The notes: a model not told the origin generated them from the sequence alone. Positions 20,676 to 30,767 are shown, counted from the stretch's first letter. The stretch is DNA of 64,000 nt from Nitrosopumilus sp. (GCA_965205425.1 CBDBGZ010000009.1:256001-320000); one strand, 5' to 3'. Numbers and translations: made by a program.

Positions 20676-22822
20676 TATTCACTATTACCTTCCATGCTGT
20701 TTATCTCACTTTCGGTTTGGATAATTTTTTCATAATTTAATATGTAAAAGCTACAAGTGCCATTTTTGCCTAGTTTTGGATCAGATAGTCCTATACAAGC
20801 TCTGGCTGTACCCACTGTTTTATGATCTTCTTCGGGAAAACACTGTTGTTCATAATCTAAAAATTTGTCAATATGTTTCACAATTATATCATCCACATAT
20901 CCTATGGAATTGTAACCTAGAGCAATTACGTCATCTACAAATTTCTGAATTGTTAGATGAGTAGATTGTTCTCTTGTTGGGAATCTCCAACCAAAATAAG
21001 CCTCTAGTTTTTCTGAAGTTGTTTGCCAATCTTTGTAAGGAAAATGAGGCAGGTGAGCAATAGTTACAAAGACTTCTTTTTTGATAGTGTATTTTTTAAT
21101 AGTTTCATCTTTTACTAGAGCATCAACTCTATTTCTAATCATTTGTTCAGAAATATCACCCCCATTAAGTCTGAAAACTATTTCTTTCAATGGTTGTCTA
21201 CCTCCACGAACTAATCTTAAAATTAATTGCTCTATTACATGTCTTCTAAGTTTTTCAAGTATTGGTGCAACTATGCCAGTTTGTTCTGCAAGAAGAGACA
21301 TTTGATCAAAAATTGGTACTGTTAACTCACGCATAGGATTCATTTTTTCTTGATGTATAATTTCTCGCCATACTTCATCCCAATCAAATTTACCATGTTC
21401 AAATTCTCTAGGTTGATTTAACGATCCTTGAGATAATTTTGCCATGTCTTGAATATCTCCTTCTCTGCTAGCTACTGCCTTTAGCAAAAAGACATATTCA
21501 TTTCTCAATACACCAACTTTTAATTTTCCATATTCAGTATAATCTGCAGTTTCAATCATAACATCAGATAACGATAAATCTTTCATCACTCTTTTTGTAA
21601 ATAGATCAATTCTACTTCTATCTGGATGAATCAATATTTCATCTGGATATAGGCGTAAATCCTCTTGAGAATATTCCGTTTCAATTATTTTTTCATATCC
21701 TAAATGTTCAGTAAGGGCTTTACACAAGATTTTAAAATCTGATGATTTTTCAACGATTACATCACAGTCTTTAGTAACTGCCTTTAGATTTTTTAATCGC
21801 ATATTTTCTCCACCCATAAGAAATATGCTCATAGGATGATCTATGTTATTTCCAATATCTTCAAACAGTGAAGGGGTTGGTGTTGGAACAATATATTTTT
21901 CTGAATCTACCTCATATAGTTCTGCTTTTGAGATAAATTCACTCCATGGCAAAAACATGCTTTCATTTTTTAATTTTTGTTGTCTAATGTATGCTTCAAC
22001 ATCTAGCCATATGGATGATATATCAAATGATGTTGCAATTTCTCTTAACCGTTTAGTATCTATTTTGTTTTTATTATTAACATAAAACACTATGGATATG
22101 ATCAATCCCATTTTGTCCTTGTCTTTGTAAGATGTCAATATCGAATGAATGATAATATCATGAATATTTAGTGGGTTTTTTTGTTTTACATAATAATCAT
22201 ATGGGGATTCATACGGGATTCCATGATTTGGAAATACTGAAAAAGATGTTAACTCACCTTCAGTTATTTTTCCCTTGGGTACTTTCTTTAGGGTTTTTTC
22301 TGGATCTATGTAAATTACTTCTGCATCAGGTTCATACATTTTTTCTCTTTCAGTTTTTAGTATTTTTGCAAAATCTATCAAATCTGTTTTAGAAGGATCT
22401 ATGTGTATTCTCTCTGGAACTTTCCCCCAATGAAATCCTTGTGTGTCTATTTCTTTTTGTATGACCCCTATTGCTCCAAGATCAGATATTGCTCGATATA
22501 TTGTGGCAGTTGATAATCCAGTATTTGCTAGAATTTCGTTAACCGTTAGTGATTCAGTCAAATATGAAAATACAAGTTCATTAGAGTCTCGTAAAAGATT
22601 CTCTAAATTCCATGATTGAGATATTTTTTTTAGCAGTATTGTTTTTGCATTTTCTTGTAGTTCTATGATATTACCTTCTTTTTTGATAAAACCATCTCGA
22701 AGTAATTTTTTTGTCTGTTCATTGAACTGCCATTCTTTGACTCCACTGATCTCTCTTAATGTGGCAACATCATGGGTATCATTGATTATTGCCTTTACAA
22801 TTGATATGGATGTGTTATTCAT
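20675..22822 (-). CDS. wHTH + DUF6036/AbiEii-like nucleotidyltransferase fusion protein (715 aa)
   Basis: HTH (TVNEILANTGLSTATIYRAISDL); NTase GG...TKDCD and RIDLF; LKAVASREGDIQD; further wHTH-like segment C-terminally. Confidence 0.75.
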   Translation of the reverse strand: MNNTSISIVKAIINDTHDVATLREISGVKEWQFNEQTKKLLRDGFIKKEGNIIELQENAKTILLKKISQSWNLENLLRDSNELVFSYLTESLTVNEILANTGLSTATIYRAISDLGAIGVIQKEIDTQGFHWGKVPERIHIDPSKTDLIDFAKILKTEREKMYEPDAEVIYIDPEKTLKKVPKGKITEGELTSFSVFPNHGIPYESPYDYYVKQKNPLNIHDIIIHSILTSYKDKDKMGLIISIVFYVNNKNKIDTKRLREIATSFDISSIWLDVEAYIRQQKLKNESMFLPWSEFISKAELYEVDSEKYIVPTPTPSLFEDIGNNIDHPMSIFLMGGENMRLKNLKAVTKDCDVIVEKSSDFKILCKALTEHLGYEKIIETEYSQEDLRLYPDEILIHPDRSRIDLFTKRVMKDLSLSDVMIETADYTEYGKLKVGVLRNEYVFLLKAVASREGDIQDMAKLSQGSLNQPREFEHGKFDWDEVWREIIHQEKMNPMRELTVPIFDQMSLLAEQTGIVAPILEKLRRHVIEQLILRLVRGGRQPLKEIVFRLNGGDISEQMIRNRVDALVKDETIKKYTIKKEVFVTIAHLPHFPYKDWQTTSEKLEAYFGWRFPTREQSTHLTIQKFVDDVIALGYNSIGYVDDIIVKHIDKFLDYEQQCFPEEDHKTVGTARACIGLSDPKLGKNGTCSFYILNYEKIIQTESEINSMEGNSE

Positions 22823-22866
22823 TTAGTATCATTAAATCACATAACTATTTAAAGATTTGTGGTTCC

Positions 22867-22884
22867 ATGATACTAAAGTATCAT
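22867..22884. promoter_or_regulatory. Inverted-repeat operator candidate upstream of the NTase-GTPase operon
   Basis: ATGATACT-AA-AGTATCAT, with an extra half-site AGTATCAT at 22825-22832. Confidence 0.55.
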
Positions 22885-22909
22885 TATACCACTTAAAATC
22901 ACTATTTTT

Positions 22910-23041
22910 CTAGTTGATTCTAATCCCATTAACTTCCAACCATTTTACGGATTCTCGATATTTTGGCATATGGTTTGCAATTAAATTCCAACAGCGAGAA
23001 TAATATTCTTTGATTTTAAGATGACATAATTCATGAATAAT
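22910..23041 (-). pseudogene. C-terminal remnant of YgjP/DUF45-like HExxH metallohydrolase
   Basis: Manual translation IIHELCHLKIKEYYSRCWNLIANHMPKYRESVKWL; truncated at the IS end. Confidence 0.75.
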
Positions 23042-24188
23042 TGAGACTTGGGCATAACTATTTACAAAAATAACTCTCAGTCATTTCCTAACAGCAAAGC
23101 ATTCTCTTTACAGTTCTTGGATTCTCTGCTCCAATTGCACAGTTGTAGTAAACTGTCAACTGATACACAAGAACACAAACCAACACAAATGATTTGACAT
23201 TGTGCAATCCCTTTACAGGCAATACTCGGATGTCAAAAATATCTTTGAGATACTCAAATAGAGGTTCAATTGAGACTTTTCTATCTGCATACAGCTCTTG
23301 ACCAATTACAGAATTGTAAAACTCTACGAGTTTTATTCTCTCTGGCGGCGTATGCAGGTATTGTTTTATTGGAGTAACTAGTCTCAGATTTTTCTTGTTG
23401 CTAAATTGATGCAGTGAACCGTTGTCATATGCAGGATCACATAAGATATTCTCAACAAATCCTGCAAGAGATTCAGTTAGTATTTCATACATCTTGCCGT
23501 CATGAACATTTGCAGTTGAGACATCAGCAGATAAAAGAACAACCAGTTTGCCAGTACTACAACTCATATGCAGTTTGTACCCAAATATCCAACCCTTTGA
23601 TTTTGAAAAACCCCATTTTGTATCAGTATCAATTCCTGAGATTGGTAAACGATTATTCTTCATGTCAGATTTGTGCCATACTGGACCATCTGCTTTTAGC
23701 ATGGAACTATCCACTGATGCAGATATGTCATCGACTAGTTTCTCTGATACAAACAGACTTCCCATATTACTGATTATATCACCAATTGGCAGAACTTGGA
23801 ATCTCCTGTCAATAGTTCTTCTGTCTGGAATTTGAGTTAATTTACAAACCTTGAGCAATTTATCATTGATACTCTTAGTCAAAAGAAAATAATGTAATGT
23901 ATTGTTGCTTGGAATTCTCATCCATGACTTTATGATGAACAGATGCTGTACCATCAGAATTGTAGAGTATACGTACGGTTACCAGGTTTTCAGCATCTCC
24001 TCATACAAAGACAACATTCCCATCAAATGTAACACCCCAATAAGAAATGATTCCGATAGAATCTTGCCTAGGGATTTTCATTTGTTTTGACATTACAATG
24101 AACAAAACATGATAAGATCCTTAGCTTTTTCCATTTGAATAATTTGAGAATTGACTCAAAAATTAGAATTAATTATGCCCATGTCTCA
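23042..24188 (-). mobile_element. IS982/IS5-like DDE element (ORF 23088-23954; 5' end appears frameshifted)
   Basis: TIR TGAGACTTGGGCATAA / TTATGCCCATGTCTCA; motifs VDSS, FGYKLH, TANVHD, CDPAYD and R..IEPLFE. Confidence 0.85.
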
Positions 24189-24246
24189 CTTAAATGGGAT
24201 CTTGATTTACATTTCGAATCAAGGTTAATAATTTACAAAATCCATG

Positions 24247-24318
24247 AACTGTAAAGAGAATGCTTTGCTGTTAGGAAATGACTGAGAGTTATTTTTGTAA
24301 ATAATTATGCCCAAGTCT
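24247..24318 (+). repeat. Inverted copy of the 3' end of the IS982-like element
   Basis: Near-perfect reverse complement of 23044-23116, including the TIR. Confidence 0.85.
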
Positions 24319-24320
24319 TA

Positions 24321-25018
24321 GATATTTAGAGCCTGCAGTGAGAAAAACAGTTCCTATTCCTGCAAAACTATACTCTGATTCTAAAAAAATAAATGATGTA
24401 CAGCAACTCCAACTGTTCTTTCCAGAATTGATTGCAATGACTGATGGTACTGAACAACCAATCCCAAGACCCCAGAACAAAAAGAAAAGAAAGACTCACT
24501 ATTCAGGCAAAAAGAAAAAACACACAATAAAAAACCAAATCACCATAAACCAGAAAGGTGAGATAATCCACAAACCCCCACATTCTCCAGGTAAAAAACA
24601 TGATTATGCCATACTGAAAATAAAGTATCCTACACTACACGAAGATGTGATGATATTTTATGACCTTGGGTATTTGGGAGTGGAAAAAGATTTTCCAGAA
24701 CAGACAAGCATTCTACGATACAAGAAAAAGAAAGGAAAAGAGTTAACCATTTCTCAGAAAAAGTGGAACAAGACACAATCAAGAATCCGAATAAAAGTAG
24801 AACATATTATCTCTCAAATCAAAAAGTTTAGGATTAATTCTGAGACATTTAGGAATAGATTGTGCAGATATGATGCAATAAGTGACATCGTATGTGGAAT
24901 TGTGAATTTCAAGACAAGATGGAAGCAAGAGTTTGTTGTGATTCCATAAGATTAGAAATTATTTGAAATTAAATTCAAGGAAAGATAAGATTTTGATTGT
25001 AATTACGCAAGAGGTCTA
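24321..25018 (+). mobile_element. 5'-truncated IS5-family (DDE_Tnp_4/ISL2-like) element; ORF to 24949
   Basis: TDGTEQPIPRP, YSGKKKKHT, HD, YDLGY and RIKVEH motifs; probable right end GCAAGAGGTCTA. Confidence 0.85.
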
Positions 25019-25033
25019 TTGTTCCATAATAAT

Positions 25034-25291
25034 TTAGGGATGGAATTTACCTAATCGCCTTGATTTTTTAATTAATTTACCAATAAAATATACAATAGGC
25101 CACCAGAATAATATGTTGGAGATGACGATCAATCCAGAATAAATAAACCAACTATGTGGAAATGTCTGTTCATAGTAAAAAAATGGTGCAGATAATGTTG
25201 CCCATATTAAATTTGCGCCAAAATTTGAAAATAATATAATTTGAGATTCAATTCCTGTATGAAATAAAATACCTAGACTATAATTTACCAT
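25034..25291 (-). CDS. Small membrane protein
   Basis: Hydrophobic segments; lies directly downstream of the 313-aa secreted protein. Confidence 0.55.
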   Translation of the reverse strand: MVNYSLGILFHTGIESQIILFSNFGANLIWATLSAPFFYYEQTFPHSWFIYSGLIVISNILFWWPIVYFIGKLIKKSRRLGKFHP

Positions 25292-25356
25292 TCCATATGC
25301 AAGTGGTATTAGATATACTAATTTTGATTTTTTAATGTTAAAAAAAGAGAAAAAGT

Positions 25357-26298
25357 CTAAGATATTGACACCTTAGATAATCCAGGATTGGTATCAATTA
25401 TATCCATCATGTGATTCCAAGTATTACTTACATAGATTGTTTGACCAGGTGTGTATGTTTTAGTTATTGTTCCATGACAGCCAGGTGCATTAATGGAACC
25501 AATAAAACATCCATAATCATTAGATGCACTCCAAGTGTTGTCAAATTCTATTTGATTATTGTTCTTGATGGTAAATATTTCTATATCATATATTCTGTCA
25601 TATAATTCCATTCTAAGGCCATCATACAAATCATCAATTAATGGATGATCTTCATCTGTAAAATATAACACAAATGTTCGTTCACAAGTGCTAGAATTAT
25701 CATAGTATGTGTGACCATACATGTTATTATCACCTTCAAATGTGTATAACCAGAACGCACCGCCATCAATGTCTAGACGTAGTTGTTTGTATGTTGGATT
25801 TGTAGTACTTGAACATGCGGCACTTGCACTAGGAATTCCAAACCAATCTAGAAAACTAACATCTATCCTATCTGCATAATCTGACTCTTGTAATATTTTT
25901 AATCTCTCGTCTTTTATTGTTTCATCAAAGATATAATTTTTTACAGCTGCAACCTCTACATCAGTCAGGTTTCTAGTTTCTGAATCCACACGGGCTTGTT
26001 CAATTACTAGTCCAAAGAACTCGTCATATTCTGCCTTGATTTCATTAGATTTTGCTTGAAAATCTTTTGTATCTGCATCATCTATTAATTCTCGAATATC
26101 CTCTTTGAACTCTTGTTTTGTTAGTTCATCAACAACTCCAACTGGTCCTACCTCATCTGTAGAATCCTCACCTGGTCCATTTTGAGCATCTGCAAAATCC
26201 ATCATACTAAACGGCAGAATCATCATACCAATTATTCCAGCAAACAAGAAAGTCATTTTTTGATTATTTTTTGTATAATTCATGTTCTTGAATCCCAT
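25357..26298 (-). CDS. Secreted hypothetical protein (acidic pro-region plus conserved-looking C-terminal domain)
   Basis: Signal peptide whose first ~21 residues are identical to those of the 16597 protease; motifs FTDEDHP..D..YD..R, DIE and NTWNH. Confidence 0.75.
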   Translation of the reverse strand: MGFKNMNYTKNNQKMTFLFAGIIGMMILPFSMMDFADAQNGPGEDSTDEVGPVGVVDELTKQEFKEDIRELIDDADTKDFQAKSNEIKAEYDEFFGLVIEQARVDSETRNLTDVEVAAVKNYIFDETIKDERLKILQESDYADRIDVSFLDWFGIPSASAACSSTTNPTYKQLRLDIDGGAFWLYTFEGDNNMYGHTYYDNSSTCERTFVLYFTDEDHPLIDDLYDGLRMELYDRIYDIEIFTIKNNNQIEFDNTWSASNDYGCFIGSINAPGCHGTITKTYTPGQTIYVSNTWNHMMDIIDTNPGLSKVSIS

Positions 26299-26573
26299 GC
26301 AAAATTAGTAGTATTTACACTGTACTATCGTTCCAGTAATACATAACAACTTGAAATGGAACAATCCTGGAACAATACATGAAATACACTAGAATAAAAT
26401 TAAATTTCATGGTATCCTTATGATGATTCTATACAGTACTGTATGAGGAGAAACTCAAATGTGCAATATGTGTTGCAAGTTCAAATGGAACAACATATGC
26501 AATTTCAGACAGTTATGCAGACCTGGGATTTTCAAATTAAAAATTAAAAGAAAATTAACTTTCAGCATGTGTA

Positions 26574-27787
26574 TACCTCGGAGCATAATTCTTTGCAATT
26601 TTTCAAAACAAATAGCAATACTTTTTGATCAGTAGTTAGAAATAATTTCATGGACATCACAAATGACGAGTTACTCCAGGCCTACAAAAAAGAAAAAAAT
26701 ATTCACAAAAAAACAAGATTACATGCAATGTGTATTATTAAAATCAATAAATCTACAATTGCTGAAACTGCCAACCAAATGTTTTGTACCTACAATTCTG
26801 TAAGGAACTGGCTTGATTCATTTGAAAAATATGGATTGGAGGACCCCCCCCCCTCGTTCTGGCCGTCCACCATTAATCTCACATAAAACATTACAAAAGA
26901 TAGAGCAGGAATTTAAGAGAATTTCAGACGGCATGACTCCAAAGAAACTGATACAATTCATATTTTACAGAACACGCATTACATAGCAAATCACTCATGT
27001 GCGTCGTTTGATGCACAAATGGAATCTAAAACCAAAGGTTCGACAAAAGGTATAGCGAAAAGATAAAGTTCATGAACTAAATAATTTCAAAAAACTAGAA
27101 ATCAATTGATCTTACCTATAGGTAAATACGAATAAACAAATTGAAACACCTAAAAAATAACTCACGAACTTATGCTTCTCGCTATACATGTGCGAGCAGC
27201 ATCCAAGGATACATGCCGCAAGTGGAATAGTCGCATCATTTCACGCATAGAAAAGGCAAAAAAGAATGGTTTTACAGTATTCATCCAAGACGAATCAGTA
27301 TTTGTAGACGATGTGCGTCTTGGCAAAAAATACTGGACAGATGCACACCAAAGAATGATTGTACGTTGGAGAGGATCGCACCAAAGATTTTTGGTTTATG
27401 GAAATGATGATAATCAAAGTTTTTTTAGATCGTATGAAAAATTTAATTCAATTGCATTTATAGATTATTTGGAAGCAGCTCGTAGAAAATTTGGAAAAAT
27501 ATTTGTTATCGTCGATAGAGCACCGCAACACAAAGCTAATGATGTAAAAAATATCTGCGTAAAAACAAAGCTGTCAAACTGGCATATCTTCCAAGAGGGT
27601 CTCCACATTTGAGTATGATTGAAGAGATTTGGAGACAGTGCAAACATGTTAATGTTGAATCAGAATTTTATGAATCTATTCATGAGATGAGGTATACAGT
27701 TATGGAATATTTTAGAACGCACAAATTTAATTTGAATATGTATCAGTATTTTGCAAGAACAATAAATTGAAAAGACTTATGATCTGG
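26574..27787 (+). mobile_element. IS630 type A, copy 4 (decayed; carries a MITE; right TIR clipped by IS5)
   Basis: Left TIR after TA, C10 frameshift, internal stop, 132-bp insertion; ends ...TTATGATCTGG abutting an IS5 TIR. Confidence 0.9.
27053..27184. mobile_element. MITE (IS630-type, TA target)
   Basis: Absent from the other type A copies; TA duplication at 27051-52 and 27185-86; imperfect TIR TAGCGAAAAGATAAAGTTCATGA / TCACGAACTTATGCTTCTCGCTA. Confidence 0.88.
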
Positions 27788-29906
27788 GGCCTTGTAGAAA
27801 CCATCTGATTTTAACCCAATTGTGATACATTTTAGCTAATTTAGATCCATTAGGATTGTATTTGCAGATTACAGTATGGTCTCATCATACGTCAAAATGT
27901 GCAAAACACTACTCAATATAATCACCAGATGCAGAATTCCCAGGTTCTTACATCCAAAATCAAATCATATCTATTCTGTTTGGACACATCTCATACTCTT
28001 GACAATACGACAGTACGAATCAAAGAGTTATAGAAGATTTACAGAATTTTTAGAAGAATGTGTAGGAATTCAGGAATATCTTGGTTTGTATGCCATTCCA
28101 CATTACACCACACTACAAAAGGCAGCTGCAAGACTGGAAGGAAATCTGTTACATAAAATGTTGCAGGAATTCATTTTGTACAAAAAAGTCAGACTGGTTC
28201 TAGCTGGAATTGATGGTAGCGGATTCAGTTACAGTACAGCATCATACTATTATACAAAAAGAGTACAGTTACGCAGGAATTTCCTAAAAGTTGTTGTTTG
28301 TGCTGACATGAATACACAGCTTGTTTGCTGTGTCATGACACACCACAACATGCAACATGATAATCCTGATTTTCTGCCATTGTTGTATAGTTTAGGCATA
28401 TAAATTTTGAATAAACTGTCAAGTATTTTAACTCAAAAGATCTAGATCGTAGAATCAATTCATGAAACCATGTCAAAGAGTACAAGACAATCCAAGGTTT
28501 CCTCTGGAAATCAATTCATGAAAGGTACAAGCATTAATTTTTTAAGAAAAGTATGCAAGAATGAAAAAAATGCAAAAGCAAAGATAAGATTAAAGGCTGC
28601 AATACTAAGAAAACAAAATATTCCGTATTCTGTGATATGTGCAAGTCTGGATGTCATACCATCAACTCTGTCCTACTGGCTAAATCGAATGGATGAAGAG
28701 GGAATATCTGCATCACACCGCAAGAAATATTCTGGTTCTAGATGTTTTCTAAATGAAAAACAGCTAGTATCATTAAGAAATGATCTAATTTCAGGTCCAG
28801 AAAAGTTTGGATTTAACCAATTCATGTGGAGTACAAGAATGGTAATTACACATGTGAATAAAAAATACAACACCCTATACTCTGCAAGAGGAATGCGTGA
28901 ATTGCTGCACAGAATTGGATTCTCATCAAAAAAACCACGTCCCACACATCACAAATCAGCCTCAAAAGAGGAACAAACCCGTTTTAAAAAAACGCAAAAA
29001 GGAGTATCAAAAAATATTCCAAATTGGGATACACCACACTATGTCTGGATGAGTCAACAAACAAGATAGCACCTAACATAAAGCGCGGATGGTATCTTGC
29101 AGGCAATAACATTACCACACCAATTAATTACACTCGAGAAAAATTTCAATCATTTGGTGCATTGGGGGATGACGGCGTATTTTTTTGTAGGTTCTATGAT
29201 AAATCAAACACAGACTCATTTCTTGATTTTTTAGAATCACTGCAGAAACAATTTGGCAAGAAACTGTTATTATTTGCAGACAATGCATCATACCACAAAA
29301 GTGTCAGAGTAAAAGAATTTCTCAAGAAATCAAAAAGAAATGTAATCATAAGATATTTTCCTGCATACACCCCAGAACTCAATCCAATTGAGGTACAGTG
29401 GAGAGAAGAGAAAAATGGTAATGCCAATACATTCTTTGCAAATGGAACTGAGATGAGAAAACACATGCAGAAGAGACTAGATAATGGAGACGTTCGAGTT
29501 GTTAAAATATTCAAATATTTAATGCCTTAACTATACAAAACCAACAATATTGTTCCAGTTGATATTGTGTTAGGTGACATGGGTTTTGATGATGAGAATA
29601 ACCATGTTGGTGCAGAACAGATCAACACAGCTGCAATAATTCCAACTCGATATGGAACAGTTCCAATTTACAGAACCAGCGGAATTCACAGAAAGGAGAT
29701 GAAGAGGAACTTTCCTGTACAATTGTACCATCAGAGAAACAAATCTGAAACAATCTTTTTTGTGATCAAACAGATAATGTCAGGAGATGTCACATCAAGA
29801 AATGTTACAACTCAGGACAATGAGATGTTGTACAGGTTAATTGCATACAATGCTTACAGGATTAGAAAATTAGATTTTGTTATTTTATCATGGTTTCTAC
29901 AAGGCC
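27788..29906 (+). mobile_element. IS5-family element interrupted by IS630 type B
   Basis: Perfect 17-bp TIR GGCCTTGTAGAAACCAT. ORF 27876-28387 rejoins 29536 onward as FLPLLY-KTNNIVP..GDMGFD..YHQRNKSET. Confidence 0.92.
28388..29533 (+). mobile_element. IS630 type B, copy 2 (ORFs 28470-29069 and 29024-29530)
   Basis: Same TIRs and TA duplication as 626-1771. Confidence 0.93.
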
Positions 29907-30166
29907 ATTGGAATAGTTCTTTTATGAGTGGTTTTAACCAATTCTTCTTTTTTTGCAATTGATAGTAGATTGACAAGAGTATTGTATGCAACCTCCTTTG
30001 TCTTATAACCTGAAAGTATACTGATATGGTATTTGTCTAAAATTTCAGAAACGGTAAATATGCTACCGACAAATTCTTTGGATAATATCAACTGAAGTTT
30101 TTCAGGAATTTTGGTATCTGATTTTGGAGTGACTGATATCACCTCATATGTTGTAGCCGTTCTCAT
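29907..30166 (-). pseudogene. Hypothetical wHTH-like ORF truncated by IS5
   Basis: ORF 29897-30166 runs into the IS5 TIR. Confidence 0.4.
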
Positions 30167-30257
30167 AGAAATAGAATATTTGTTTTGTTAAATAAATATG
30201 ATGAAAAAGGATGATTAAAAAAACATTTAATATCCAAATTCAGCCTTGAGGATTGTT

Positions 30258-30334
30258 GCAGTTATAGTACAGTCTGGTTAGTACTCGTGCTTGCCAAGTA
30301 CGTGACCCGGGTTCAAATCCCGGTAACTGCACCA
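30258..30334 (+). tRNA. tRNA-Gly (GCC), CCA encoded
   Basis: Acceptor stem GCAGTTA/TAACTGC, anticodon arm CGTGC-TTGCCAA-GTACG, T-loop GGTTCAAATCC. Confidence 0.96.
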
Positions 30335-30341
30335 CTTTTCA

Positions 30342-30767
30342 TTAGTTTTTTGGGATTAATGCATTATGAATTATCTCAAGAGCATCTTGAGCTTTTTCTG
30401 GACGTGGTAATTGAATCATAAACACGTTATCTTTTCCATAATTTGATTTTGGGGAGGAAAGTGCAAGCATAGATGTTTTTGCAAGTGCTTCAAAAAATTC
30501 AAGATGAGTTTTTGCATTTATGAGATATTTTTCAACAATGTTTCCTTTTGAGAATGTTAAAGTTACTTCAACAAAAACATTGCCTAATCCATCTTGTAAA
30601 ATATTCAAATCAGTGTTAATAGACAAATATTGTCCAGCAACTTTTGACAACATCTCATCATATTTTTTCTCATCTAGTTCAATACAAGGAGTTTCCTTTC
30701 CATCAAAATCAAAAGTAGTGATACCAGGATGTACTTGATCTAAGAATCTCTTTAATTCATCAGACAT
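30342..30767 (-). CDS. Conserved hypothetical protein
   Basis: Overlaps the antiporter stop codon; typical codon usage. Confidence 0.75.
   Translation of the reverse strand: MSDELKRFLDQVHPGITTFDFDGKETPCIELDEKKYDEMLSKVAGQYLSINTDLNILQDGLGNVFVEVTLTFSKGNIVEKYLINAKTHLEFFEALAKTSMLALSSPKSNYGKDNVFMIQLPRPEKAQDALEIIHNALIPKN

Noticed and set aside
26431..26444. Palindrome ATACAGTACTGTAT sharing a core with the 39765 operator
   Set aside because: Short, in degraded DNA and with no linked gene; could be chance.
10829..30334. tRNA-Glu or tRNA-Gly as att sites of an integrated element
   Set aside because: No tyrosine integrase and no duplicated tRNA 3' end found; the accessory DNA lies on the tRNAs' 5' sides.
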